NCBI GenBank assembly: GCA_025054525.1
Contig: JANWZJ010000007.1
Span: forward strand, 1-62,384
Direction: 5' to 3'
Origin: Bacteroidia bacterium
Lineage (GTDB): Bacteria; Bacteroidota; Bacteroidia; SpSt-205
Length of the DNA stretch: 62,384 nucleotides
Part shown: positions 25,797 through 35,051 of the stretch, one piece after another
How positions within the stretch are numbered: the stretch's first letter is position 1
How the letters are laid out: each line of letters opens with the position of its first letter
Position numbers and translations under genes: made by a program
The notes under the pieces: generated by a model
Seen by the model: only the letters and a program-made list of their open reading frames with translations
Told to the model about the DNA's origin: nothing
Databases searched by the model: none

Positions 25797-26648
25797 ATGG
25801 TTATTCTATCCCGAAGATTTGTATGGGATGAGCAGACGCTTTCCTACAAGCGGATGCCGCTCAGAGTGAGAAGCCTACTCAAGAATCTGCTGGGGTATGT
25901 GGCAGAAGGAGCTATCGTAGGAATGGGGGCATTAGGGGTAAGTTATCCCCGATGGGAGCGTTATTTTGCCCAGAGAGCGGAGGAGCGAATAAGAAGCATG
26001 GAACAACAACTCCATCAAAAAATGGAGGATACGCAGTCTATTGTGGATCGCGCCTGCGCTCTATATGATCGCTCCCAAAATTTATACCGCCCTCTTTTAG
26101 GACTGGCTTCTGTCAAACCTGAAGATAGATATGGAGCTATGGGTGGTGCTCCGATTACGATAGAGGAGCAGTGGTCTTACCAGACTAATCTTGTTTTCCA
26201 AGAGTATAACCTGCTGGTCGCTCGCTTGAAAGAGCGTTCTGCACGACTTCGGTATTTGCCTTGTATTTCACCGGTACAAGGGGTTACTGTAAGCGGCTAC
26301 GGCTACCGAGATGATCCTTTTTTCCATACCTGGCGGATGCATACGGGGGTGGATATAGCTGCGCCTTATGGGGCGCCTGTTCGGGCTGCGGCGGACGGCA
26401 AGGTAGTTTTCGCAGGGTGGGACACAGGGGGATACGGACTACAAGTAGAGGTAGACCATGGAGATGGACTTGTTACCAAATATGCGCACCTGTCTCGTCT
26501 CCAGACTCGGCTCGCAGACTCGGTGCGCCGAGGACAAGTTATTGGTTTTGTGGGCTCCACGGGCTATTCTGTTGGTCCTCATCTGCACTATGAAGTTATA
26601 GAACGCGGGGTCAAAGTCAATCCCCAAAAATATTTACTTTTGCCCTGA
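25797..26648 (+). CDS. M23-family (LytM-type) metallopeptidase
   Basis: HTGVDIAAPYGAPVRAAADGKVVFAG (HxxxD) and GPHLHYEV (HxH) motifs, with an N-terminal TM helix and coiled coil. Confidence 0.9.
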   Translation: MVILSRRFVWDEQTLSYKRMPLRVRSLLKNLLGYVAEGAIVGMGALGVSYPRWERYFAQRAEERIRSMEQQLHQKMEDTQSIVDRACALYDRSQNLYRPLLGLASVKPEDRYGAMGGAPITIEEQWSYQTNLVFQEYNLLVARLKERSARLRYLPCISPVQGVTVSGYGYRDDPFFHTWRMHTGVDIAAPYGAPVRAAADGKVVFAGWDTGGYGLQVEVDHGDGLVTKYAHLSRLQTRLADSVRRGQVIGFVGSTGYSVGPHLHYEVIERGVKVNPQKYLLLP

Positions 26649-27079
26649 TGTACCTGCGACTTATTGCGGCGGGGAGACTTTCACGCGATGCGGAGCTACG
26701 CCAAATGAGCAGTGGTAAAATCATCCGATTCTCTATACCCCACACTCAGCGATTATCTGGCGAAGAGAAGACCCAGTGGATAGAGTGTTCGTACTGGCGC
26801 AATCCTGAGGATAGCACTGAGGTAATGAAGCTGCTCAAAAAAGGCGCCTTAGTAGTAGTGGAGGGGACTCCATCGGTGCGCACCTATATTCGACAAGATA
26901 ACACGGCGGGTGTAGCTTTTGAGTGCCGTGTGAGCCAACTGCGCGTGCTCAGTAGTCCTTCCAGCACTCCATCAGGGGAGACTTCTTCTGCGGAGTCCGA
27001 AGAGTCTCCTCCCGCTGAAACAGAGCCTGAGCCTGTAACGCCCCCTTCTTTGGAAGAGGAAGGGGACTTGCCCTTTTGA
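26648..27079 (+). CDS. ssb: Single-stranded DNA-binding protein
   Basis: OB-fold-like N-terminal ~105 aa, a Pro/Ser/Glu-rich linker and an acidic tail ending EEEGDLPF (canonical D-x-P-F SSB tip). A TGATG overlap joins it to the upstream gene. Confidence 0.8.
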   Translation: MYLRLIAAGRLSRDAELRQMSSGKIIRFSIPHTQRLSGEEKTQWIECSYWRNPEDSTEVMKLLKKGALVVVEGTPSVRTYIRQDNTAGVAFECRVSQLRVLSSPSSTPSGETSSAESEESPPAETEPEPVTPPSLEEEGDLPF

Positions 27080-28401
27080 ATTCGCCAGCGCTCATTCAGA
27101 AAGTCCGCTCTGGGCTATACCGAGTATATCCTCCACCCGCCTCGGTTCTGGTCGCATTTAGTGGGGGGCCCGACTCAGTAGCCTTGGCGCTCCTTCTCCA
27201 AGAGCTGCAATACGAAGTGCATTTGGCTTATGTAAATCACGGGCTTCGGGGCGAAGAGTCGCTTCGGGAGGCAGCATGGGTTGAAGACTTTGCTCGCAAA
27301 AGAGGACTTCCTTTATATGTGCGGGAGATAGCCCCTGCCCAACTTCAAGGGGCTCGCGGACTACACGCTGCGGCTCGTCGCCTGCGCTACCAGTGGATGA
27401 AAAACCTCGTCCAAGAGCAAGGATTGACCTTTGCGGCTACGGCGCATACTTGGGATGACCAACTGGAGACTTGGCTGTACCGACTCACTCGCGCTGCCAG
27501 CCTATGGCACTGGGAAGGCATTCCTTACCGCCGAGGCATATGGGTACGTCCGCTACTATATTGCCAGCGCCGAGAGCTTATCGCTTACCTCCATGCCCAA
27601 TCACAACCCTTCTTCTTAGACCGCAGCAACTATACCCCTCGCTACTTACGGAATCAAATCCGCTGGTGGGCATTACCACCCCTCCTCCGTATCAATCCTT
27701 CTTTGCCTAAATTTTGGAGGCTTCGCTATGAACTTCACCGCCTTCAGAAAAGACGCATAGAAAAACTCTACTACCAACTCATGCCCCATTTCGTGGAAAA
27801 GCGTCCGTATGGGGCTTATATTAGAGCCAAGCCGCAAAGGGACCTTTTTACCTTCATAGCTCAGAACCTTTGGAGAATCAGCTTCTCTCAGGCACAAAAA
27901 TTGTACTCCCTCTTACAGAATGCCCATTCAGGTAAGCGAATGCTTATAGAACCGTATATCTTCATCCGTACGCCTCAAGGGGTAGAGGGCGGAGAAGCGA
28001 TTTTATGGGAGCCGGCTTGGGGGATATTGGAGATTCCGCCCGAGCCAGTGCAATATCAGTGGGGATTATGGCATGTGGAAGCAGGAAGAGGGATACCAAG
28101 CCCTGCGCCTTTTTCTCTGGTGTGGGATGAAGCAAAACTGTACTTTCCTCTGCGGCTGCGACTATGGAAGCAAGGAGATAGGTTACAGCCCGCAGGTATG
28201 GAAGGGCACAGCCGAAAAGTGAGTGATATTCTGAGGGAAATAGGTTTCTATGGGTTCATGCGCCAGCATGCCCCAGTAGTAGAAGATAGCATGGGAACTC
28301 TTATTGCGGTCGTAGGATATCGTACTTCTTGGGATACTGCTCCTTCTTCAGAGACGAAGGAAAGTTTTTATCTTCGGTTAAGCTATGGGCAGCCTCTCTA
28401 A
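27076..28401 (+). CDS. tilS: tRNA(Ile)-lysidine synthase
   Basis: PP-loop motif VAFSGGPDSVAL followed by HVNHGLRG-like YVNHGLRGEES. Length is 441 aa. Confidence 0.9.
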   Translation: MNSPALIQKVRSGLYRVYPPPASVLVAFSGGPDSVALALLLQELQYEVHLAYVNHGLRGEESLREAAWVEDFARKRGLPLYVREIAPAQLQGARGLHAAARRLRYQWMKNLVQEQGLTFAATAHTWDDQLETWLYRLTRAASLWHWEGIPYRRGIWVRPLLYCQRRELIAYLHAQSQPFFLDRSNYTPRYLRNQIRWWALPPLLRINPSLPKFWRLRYELHRLQKRRIEKLYYQLMPHFVEKRPYGAYIRAKPQRDLFTFIAQNLWRISFSQAQKLYSLLQNAHSGKRMLIEPYIFIRTPQGVEGGEAILWEPAWGILEIPPEPVQYQWGLWHVEAGRGIPSPAPFSLVWDEAKLYFPLRLRLWKQGDRLQPAGMEGHSRKVSDILREIGFYGFMRQHAPVVEDSMGTLIAVVGYRTSWDTAPSSETKESFYLRLSYGQPL

Positions 28402-30454
28402 AACATCGCCCTTTCGCAATCCCGAGCTTTCTCGCAGCGAGCTTTTCTTCAATAGGGAACTAAGCTGGCTGGAGTTCAACGCGCGTGTGCTGGAAGAAGC
28501 CCTGCATGAAGTACATCCTTTACTAAGTCGTACCCGTTTCGTCTCTATTTTTCACAGTAATCTGGATGAGTTCTTCATGATTCGGGTGGCAGGGCTCAAG
28601 GAACAAATCCAAGCGGGAGTCCGTGAGCGCGGTCCTGATGGATTAACCCCTCGGCAAACCCTCCAAAAGGTTCGGGAGAAAGTGCGTCGCCTTTTAGAGC
28701 GTGCTGAAGAAATCTTATACCAGCACCTTCTCCCCGCTTTAGAAGCAGAAGGCATTTCTATCTACCAAGGTAAGCGCCTTAGTCGCTTATCCCGAGAACA
28801 GCTTGAGAAGTATTTTGAGGATCAGGTCTTTCCCCTGCTTACGCCGCTTGCGTTGGATTCAGCGCATCCTGTGCCGCCTTTGCGAGGTTTAGAGCTTATT
28901 TTATGGGTGGAACTGAAAGATGGCTCTGCCCTCGTACCTATTCCCCAAGTGCTACCCCGATTTGTGCCTTTTCACACTCCCCAGCGGTACAACTTCGTAC
29001 CTATAGAGTCGCTGATTGGGCTCTTTTTAGAAGAGCTTTTTCCAGGGAAAAAAGTCAAAGGCTATCATGTCTTTCGCCTCACACGCGATGCGGATTTAGA
29101 AATATCGGAAGCGGAAGCCGATGATCTCCTGCAACTGGTAGAAAGAGAACTGCGCCGGCGCCGCCTTGGAAATGTGGTGCGGATGGAGTACAGCGCAGGT
29201 ATGCCTCGGGAGACGCTCTATTTGCTCATGGAAGAGTTAGAGTTTGCGCCAGAGGATACCTATGAGGTACGGGGTATGTTAGGACTGGGGCGATTATGGG
29301 ATATTTTGGAGGTAGATGAGCCTTCATTATTGGACCGCCCCTTTGTGCCGGTGATACCCCCTGCCCTCCAAGGCAAAACGACACTCTTTGAAGCAATAGC
29401 GCAGAGTGATATTCTGCTTCACCATCCATATGATAGCTTCATGCCAGTGGTAGAGTTTATTCGGCAAGCGGCGCGCGACCCACAGGTCCTTGCTATCAAA
29501 CAGACCCTCTACCGCACTACAGGGGAAAAGTCCTTGATTGTCCAGGCGTTACGAGAAGCCATAGACCGGGGGAAGCAAGTTACTGTTCTGATAGAGCTAA
29601 AGGCTCGCTTTGATGAAGAGTCCAACATTTACTGGGCAAGAGAACTGGAGAAAGCAGGCGCAAATGTGGTCTATGGGATGTTAGGCCTCAAAATTCATGG
29701 CAAAGCCACCCTTGTCATTCGGCGAGAAGGCAAAGCACTCCGGGGCTATGCGCATCTTAGTACAGGCAACTACAACGAGCGCACGGCTCTTATCTATACG
29801 GATATAGGATTGCTGACAGCTGACCCCGAAATCACGCGGGATTTAGCCGAACTCTTCAACTACCTTACGGGCAACTCCGGGCAAAAAGAATGGCGCCGCA
29901 TCGCCGTAGCCCCTGAAAATCTGCGAGAAACCTTTCTCAGCGAGATAGAGCGTTGTATTAGTGAGCATACATCAGAAAATTCCAGCCGAATCTTGCTTGT
30001 GCTGAATGCCTTAGTAGACCCCGAGATGATAAAGGCGCTCTATGCGGCTTCTATGGCGGGAGTCAAGGTAGATTTAGTAGTGCGGGGTATTTGTTGTCTC
30101 GTGCCTGATACTCCAGCCAGTGCTAATATCCGAGTGCACAGCATTATTGGTCGGTTTTTGGAGCACTCGCGGCTTTATATCTTCCAGAGTGGGGGCAGTA
30201 CGCGGGTATGGTCTGGCAGCGCCGACTGGATGCCTCGTAACTTAGACCGTCGGGTAGAAGTTGTATATCCTATTGCAGAACCCTTGGCGCATCAAGCCCT
30301 ACACATCGCCGAGACCCTCCTCAAAGACACTACACATGCGTGGACTCTACGCAATGATGGGACTTATGTTCGCCGCACAGCATTAGAACCGCATCTTCCT
30401 GCCTTCTCTGCTCAAAATGAGTTCCTCAAGCAGCGCAATCTCCTCAAAGCCTAA
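28385..30454 (+). CDS. ppk: Polyphosphate kinase 1
   Basis: FFNRELSWLEFNARVLEEA N-terminus, SNLDEFFMIRV, and two PLD-like HKD-type domains (KIHGKATLV, FLEHSRLY). Length is 689 aa. Confidence 0.95.
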   Translation: MGSLSKTSPFRNPELSRSELFFNRELSWLEFNARVLEEALHEVHPLLSRTRFVSIFHSNLDEFFMIRVAGLKEQIQAGVRERGPDGLTPRQTLQKVREKVRRLLERAEEILYQHLLPALEAEGISIYQGKRLSRLSREQLEKYFEDQVFPLLTPLALDSAHPVPPLRGLELILWVELKDGSALVPIPQVLPRFVPFHTPQRYNFVPIESLIGLFLEELFPGKKVKGYHVFRLTRDADLEISEAEADDLLQLVERELRRRRLGNVVRMEYSAGMPRETLYLLMEELEFAPEDTYEVRGMLGLGRLWDILEVDEPSLLDRPFVPVIPPALQGKTTLFEAIAQSDILLHHPYDSFMPVVEFIRQAARDPQVLAIKQTLYRTTGEKSLIVQALREAIDRGKQVTVLIELKARFDEESNIYWARELEKAGANVVYGMLGLKIHGKATLVIRREGKALRGYAHLSTGNYNERTALIYTDIGLLTADPEITRDLAELFNYLTGNSGQKEWRRIAVAPENLRETFLSEIERCISEHTSENSSRILLVLNALVDPEMIKALYAASMAGVKVDLVVRGICCLVPDTPASANIRVHSIIGRFLEHSRLYIFQSGGSTRVWSGSADWMPRNLDRRVEVVYPIAEPLAHQALHIAETLLKDTTHAWTLRNDGTYVRRTALEPHLPAFSAQNEFLKQRNLLKA

Positions 30455-31049
30455 AAGCTACCCCTTGGTAGAACACTTCTATAGCCTACAAGGGGAAGGC
30501 TATTGGAGTGGCAAACCGGCTTATTTTCTGCGTCTGGGGGGATGCGATGTAGGATGTAGCTGGTGCGATACAAAGTATAGCTGGGCGATGCATGGGTGGC
30601 AGGATTACCCTATAGAAGAAATTCTTTCGCAGGTGGGCTCGGTGCCAGCTCGCCATGTAGTGCTGACAGGAGGCGAACCCACTCTTCATTCCCTGTCGCC
30701 CCTCATAGAAACCTTACAGCAAGCGGGATATTTCGTACAGATAGAGACTTCGGGGGCTTATCCTCCGCCGGAACGGCTGCCCGATTGGATCACCTTTTCC
30801 CCCAAACGCTTCAAGCCCCCGCATCCTGCTTGGTATGCGATTGCGCACGAGCTTAAGGTCGTGATTCATGCCCGCAGTGATTTTCGTTGGGCTGAAAAGC
30901 AATATGCGCTTTGCACTGGGGCACCAGTTGCATTTTTGCAGCCAGATAGCTATCGTCCCGAAGCCCCTCAGTGGATCATAGAATATCTCCGCACGCATCC
31001 GCACTGGCGCATGAGCCTGCAAATCCATAAATACCTTTCCATACCATGA
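30417..31049 (+). CDS. queE: 7-carboxy-7-deazaguanine synthase (radical SAM)
   Basis: FYSLQGEGYWSGKPAYFLRLGGCDVGCSWCDTKY shows the QueE-type CxxxCxxC context. Length is ~200 aa. The exact start is uncertain because the ORF overlaps the ppk end by 38 nt. Confidence 0.87.
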   Translation: MSSSSSAISSKPKSYPLVEHFYSLQGEGYWSGKPAYFLRLGGCDVGCSWCDTKYSWAMHGWQDYPIEEILSQVGSVPARHVVLTGGEPTLHSLSPLIETLQQAGYFVQIETSGAYPPPERLPDWITFSPKRFKPPHPAWYAIAHELKVVIHARSDFRWAEKQYALCTGAPVAFLQPDSYRPEAPQWIIEYLRTHPHWRMSLQIHKYLSIP

Positions 31050-32983
31050 AAATAAGGATATTAGGGTGGGGACTTATGCTCTTGTGGGCACAAGGCGGCA
31101 AGCCCCCTGCTGGAGTTTCCCGCAAAGCCTACGATAAATACTTAGAAGCGGTGCGTGCCGCCCAGAATCGCCAAGAGTCCACTGCCCTCCAACTCTTAGA
31201 AGAGGTACTGCGAATAGAGCCTGAATATGAAGAGGCACTGGTATTCAAGGCAAAACTACATCTTCGGCGTCAGGATTATGGAGCGCTTTTGGAGACGGGG
31301 GGACAGCTGGAACGAACGAAAAGCATCTCACCCACAGGTAAAGCACTGGGCCTGTATTTCCAAGGGAAGGCTTACATGGCGATGGAACGCTATGACTCTG
31401 CCTATGCCGTATGGCAGCGTTTTCTACTAAATGGATATAGCCATGTGCCCAGAGCTATCCAAGAAGAAGGAGCGTTATTATATGGACAGAGTAAGCATGC
31501 TGCCGCACTCGTCAAAAAGCCCGTGCCCTTCTTTCCCCAAAATATGGGCCCAGCAGTGAATAGTGCCTATGATGATTATTTGCCCAGTCTTACGGCGGAC
31601 GGGCAGAAACTCTACTTCACCTCGCGTCGTCCTTCGGGAGCTCGCCCGCCTAATCCCTTACGAGGGGGCTATGACGAGGATTTATATTGGAGCGAACGGA
31701 TGGAAGGGGGAGAATGGAGTCCTGCCCGTCCGGTCGGTCCCCCTATCAACTCCCCTCAGAATGAAGGAGCCGCTTTTTTCTCCTCCGATGGGCAGTGGGC
31801 TTTCATTACGCTATGTGATAGACCCGACGGTAAAGGCTCTTGTGATATTTACTTCTCGGAGCTGAAGGGGTTAGAATGGGCCCCTCCTAAAAACCTCACC
31901 GAAATCAATACCTCTGCTTGGGAATCGCATCCTTGTTTGACCCATGATAGGCGCAGGCTATACTTTGCTTCTTCTCGGCCGGGGGGAATAGGAGGGGTAG
32001 ATATATGGTATTCGGATTGGAAAGATGGAAGGTGGCAGCCGCCCGTGAATCTCGGTCGCCCTATCAATACCCCCGGCGATGAGTACAGTCCTATGATTGC
32101 CGCAGATGGACGCACGTTGTACTTCGCCTCTAACTATCACCCGGGTATGGGTGGGCAAGACCTTTTTCTCTCTTTCTTGTCAGATACAGGCTGGACAACC
32201 CCCCGCAACTTAGGCTATCCCCTCAATACACCAGCCGATGAACAGACCTTATGCTTAGATGCACGGGGAGAGATTGGGTTTATTGCATTAGAGCGAAAGG
32301 AAGGACTAGGTAAAACAGATATTTATGAGTTTCGCCTTTGGCCAGACATTCGCCCGCTGCTGCGCGCCACTTATGTAAAGGGCAAAGTATATGACGAAGA
32401 AAGTGGCAGTCCTGTGGGGGCTTTTGTAGCAGTGATAGACATAGAACGCAGGGATACTATTCGTAGCCTCACCGCCAACGAAGCCACAGGAGAATTCCTT
32501 TTCTCCCTCCCGCTGGGAAAAAGATACGGCCTCTTTGCTAAAGCGCCGGGTTATCTATTCTATAGCGGTCATTTTGACTTGTCGGAAGGTGATAGCATAT
32601 ATCACCTTAGGGTACCTCTGCAACGGATTAAGGCGGGAGGGCGCCTCGTATTGCGAAACATCTTCTTTGATTTTGATAAAGCTGATTTGCGTCCTGAATC
32701 GGAAGTAGAGCTACAGGAGGTGCTGCGTTTGCTCCAAGCCAACCCTACTTGGCATATCCAAATAGAAGGTCATACCGATAGCATAGGAAGTGCCGCCTAT
32801 AATCTCAATCTCTCTGAGCGTAGAGCCCAAGCAGTGCGCAACTACCTCGTACAAAAAGGGATTTCAGCGCAACGCCTTATAGCTCGGGGCTTTGGGGCTA
32901 CTCGGCCTGTTGCTTCTAACGCTACTGAGGCGGGCAGAGCGCTTAATCGTCGCACGGAGATTCTTTTCATTCAGTCGCGCTGA
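31046..32983 (+). CDS. TPR / TolB-like (PD40 repeat) / OmpA-domain outer-membrane-associated protein
   Basis: Signal peptide, TPR-like N-terminus, repeated LYFTS.R / LYFAS.R..G..DI(Y/W) PD40-type blades, and a C-terminal OmpA domain (FDFDKADLRPES...IEGHTDSIGSAAYNLNLSERRA...NRRTEILF). Confidence 0.85.
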   Translation: MKIRILGWGLMLLWAQGGKPPAGVSRKAYDKYLEAVRAAQNRQESTALQLLEEVLRIEPEYEEALVFKAKLHLRRQDYGALLETGGQLERTKSISPTGKALGLYFQGKAYMAMERYDSAYAVWQRFLLNGYSHVPRAIQEEGALLYGQSKHAAALVKKPVPFFPQNMGPAVNSAYDDYLPSLTADGQKLYFTSRRPSGARPPNPLRGGYDEDLYWSERMEGGEWSPARPVGPPINSPQNEGAAFFSSDGQWAFITLCDRPDGKGSCDIYFSELKGLEWAPPKNLTEINTSAWESHPCLTHDRRRLYFASSRPGGIGGVDIWYSDWKDGRWQPPVNLGRPINTPGDEYSPMIAADGRTLYFASNYHPGMGGQDLFLSFLSDTGWTTPRNLGYPLNTPADEQTLCLDARGEIGFIALERKEGLGKTDIYEFRLWPDIRPLLRATYVKGKVYDEESGSPVGAFVAVIDIERRDTIRSLTANEATGEFLFSLPLGKRYGLFAKAPGYLFYSGHFDLSEGDSIYHLRVPLQRIKAGGRLVLRNIFFDFDKADLRPESEVELQEVLRLLQANPTWHIQIEGHTDSIGSAAYNLNLSERRAQAVRNYLVQKGISAQRLIARGFGATRPVASNATEAGRALNRRTEILFIQSR

Positions 32984-33476
32984 GGGGATAGCAGCGCAGC
33001 GGAATGTACTGAGCCCCTTCAGGGCGAAGAATAGACTGATACAATACCACTTCTTGGAAGGTTATAGGCATCCCTTGGCGAAGGGGCTTGGGGGTATCGG
33101 GAGGTCTATTTTTTCGCCGAGCTATAGTAATATGAGGTAAAAGCCGCTGGGGCTCTACCATTCCCAAAGCAGTATGGAGGTTTTTCACAAGCGTTTCTGC
33201 GGAGGGGTTAGGCTGAAGCCATATCCATAGCGTGTAGTCTTTCCATCCTATTTGGTAGGGCACAAGGGTGAATGAGGAATGCGAAGGGATGAGCTGTTGC
33301 AAGGTGGAGTCTATTGCGGGTACTTTTTCTTGGGGCGTTTCTCCTAAGAAGAGGAGGGTAAGGTGCCAAGACGCAGGGGGAAGCCAGCGAGCTTGGGGGG
33401 GCAGGGTAGCAGGGCGGATTGTCTGAATGAACTCTATAGCTTCAGGAGGGAGAGGTGCCGCTATAAAGAGTCGCAT
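32967..33476 (-). CDS. thpR: RNA 2',3'-cyclic phosphodiesterase (2H phosphoesterase, LigT/ThpR)
   Basis: Two HxT/S motifs at the expected spacing (WHLTLLFLG and PHITIAR). Starts MRLFIA. Length is 169 aa. Confidence 0.85.
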   Translation of the reverse strand: MRLFIAAPLPPEAIEFIQTIRPATLPPQARWLPPASWHLTLLFLGETPQEKVPAIDSTLQQLIPSHSSFTLVPYQIGWKDYTLWIWLQPNPSAETLVKNLHTALGMVEPQRLLPHITIARRKNRPPDTPKPLRQGMPITFQEVVLYQSILRPEGAQYIPLRCYPLSATE

Positions 33477-33514
33477 AAAAAAGGGAAGATGGGAGGCATA
33501 CCTCTGCCCCCTAT

Positions 33515-34300
33515 CTATTTTTCACGCTGTTTGGGCGCGCTTCCACTTTCTCGCCGCTGTCTATACACTGCTTCCAGCGCTTGCTTCCGCTGTTCAAGCT
33601 GAGCTACTTTTTCCGAGAGCTCTTGTACGGCTTGCACAAGTACGGCTGTCAGGGCCATGTAATCTATGCCGTGCAGAGAGTCCACTGTCGTTCTTACTGC
33701 TTCGGGGAATACTGCCTGTACTTCTTGCGCAATGAAGCCTATTCGTTCTGCTCCCGTATCTTTCCAGCGGTATCGTACCGGGTGCAGTGCCTCTACTATT
33801 CCTATACCTTGAGTGAGAGGGCGAACTCCCTGTTTAGCTCTCACATCTGAATAGGTGATAAACCCATATGCCCACAACTCCTGGTCGGAAGCTATATAGG
33901 CAGGTCCGCCCGCTATGCTTCCCGCTTGCACTCGGAAGCGTGGGCGACAACAACTATTTCCAGAGTTAGGAGGGTACTCCCATATTTCCCAGCCATTAGG
34001 CCATACGCCGTAGCCTCCATCAGGATCCGCCATCCAGAGTGACCATTTGGAAAAGGTAATTGAGGGATTATTCAAAGATGACAAGTTTACTAAGTGGAAT
34101 GCTACATCTGCTTGCGTATTGTCACTGGGCATATGGGAGGTAGTTGCTATACCCGCATACCCGGGAAGCCCTACCGCTACGGAGTAGGGTACTTGAATAT
34201 GAAGATTTATAGTGGGAGTAGCTGTTCCTATGCCTACATTCTCCTGCGCTTGAAGAGTCAGAAGGCTAAGGCTGGCAAAGATTACGCGTAAGTTTCTCAT
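33515..34300 (-). CDS. Secreted tail-fibre-type protein with a C-terminal endosialidase-chaperone (peptidase S74) domain, paralogue 1
   Basis: Signal peptide, NVGIGT motif, conserved ADPDGGYGV..EIWEYP..CCRPRFR core, then YSDVRAKQGVRPL...IGFIAQEVQAVFPEAV...IDYMALTAVLVQAVQEL (S74 chaperone pattern) and a coiled-coil tail. Confidence 0.8.
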   Translation of the reverse strand: MRNLRVIFASLSLLTLQAQENVGIGTATPTINLHIQVPYSVAVGLPGYAGIATTSHMPSDNTQADVAFHLVNLSSLNNPSITFSKWSLWMADPDGGYGVWPNGWEIWEYPPNSGNSCCRPRFRVQAGSIAGGPAYIASDQELWAYGFITYSDVRAKQGVRPLTQGIGIVEALHPVRYRWKDTGAERIGFIAQEVQAVFPEAVRTTVDSLHGIDYMALTAVLVQAVQELSEKVAQLEQRKQALEAVYRQRRESGSAPKQREK

Positions 34301-34307
34301 AGGACAT

Positions 34308-35051
34308 TTATTTTTGAGATTCCTCCAGCTCTTGTTCTAAAAGATGTATCTCTCTCTCCAGTTCTCCTATCTTTTGCATGAGCTCTTGAGTAGCACGGGT
34401 CAGAAGGGAGACCATGGCTGCATAGTCTATCCCTAGGGCTTCGCCGTGATTTCGCACGGCGGCTGGGAAAATCTGCTGGACTTCCTGAGCGATAAAGCCT
34501 ATTTGAGTAGTAGGGGCATTTTTCCAATAATAGAGTACTGGACGCAGAAGCTGAATCTGCCCTATAGCGCTTTCCAAAGGCTTCCTCTGGGTTTTTAGCC
34601 GTTCATCTGAGAGAGTAATATAATCATAAGCATGAAAGCGGTTTAGAGCATCTAATACGACTGGAGCTCGGGTGTAGGGGTCGGTAGGATAAGTGGTGAC
34701 TATCCGAAGCCGACCCCGACAGCATGTCCCTCCCCCCCATTGATCAGGGTATTCCCATATCTCTAAGCATAGCGGTTCTACGCCATACCCTCCATCTGGG
34801 TCACCATACCACAGGTACCAGCTATATCCTATGGCAGAGTTACGTAGGTGGTAAGCAAGGATGCCTTGTTGCCCATCGGAGGGCATTGGGGCTGCTACAC
34901 AGGTGCTGGAAGTATGGATATCTCCACTGCTCCCTATGCGATTATATGGCACATATACCTCTACGGTCCAATTCGGTGTGACAGTGCCGATACCTACTCT
35001 GTTTTGACTCCAGAGGAATCCCAGCGAGACCACTATAAGAATGGCTCTCAT
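34308..35051 (-). CDS. Secreted tail-fibre-type protein with a C-terminal S74 chaperone domain, paralogue 2
   Basis: Same architecture as paralogue 1: RVGIGT, GDPDGGYGV..EIWEYP..CCRGRLR, LSDERLKTQRKPL...IGFIAQEVQQIFPAAV...IDYAAMVSLL. Confidence 0.8.
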   Translation of the reverse strand: MRAILIVVSLGFLWSQNRVGIGTVTPNWTVEVYVPYNRIGSSGDIHTSSTCVAAPMPSDGQQGILAYHLRNSAIGYSWYLWYGDPDGGYGVEPLCLEIWEYPDQWGGGTCCRGRLRIVTTYPTDPYTRAPVVLDALNRFHAYDYITLSDERLKTQRKPLESAIGQIQLLRPVLYYWKNAPTTQIGFIAQEVQQIFPAAVRNHGEALGIDYAAMVSLLTRATQELMQKIGELEREIHLLEQELEESQK

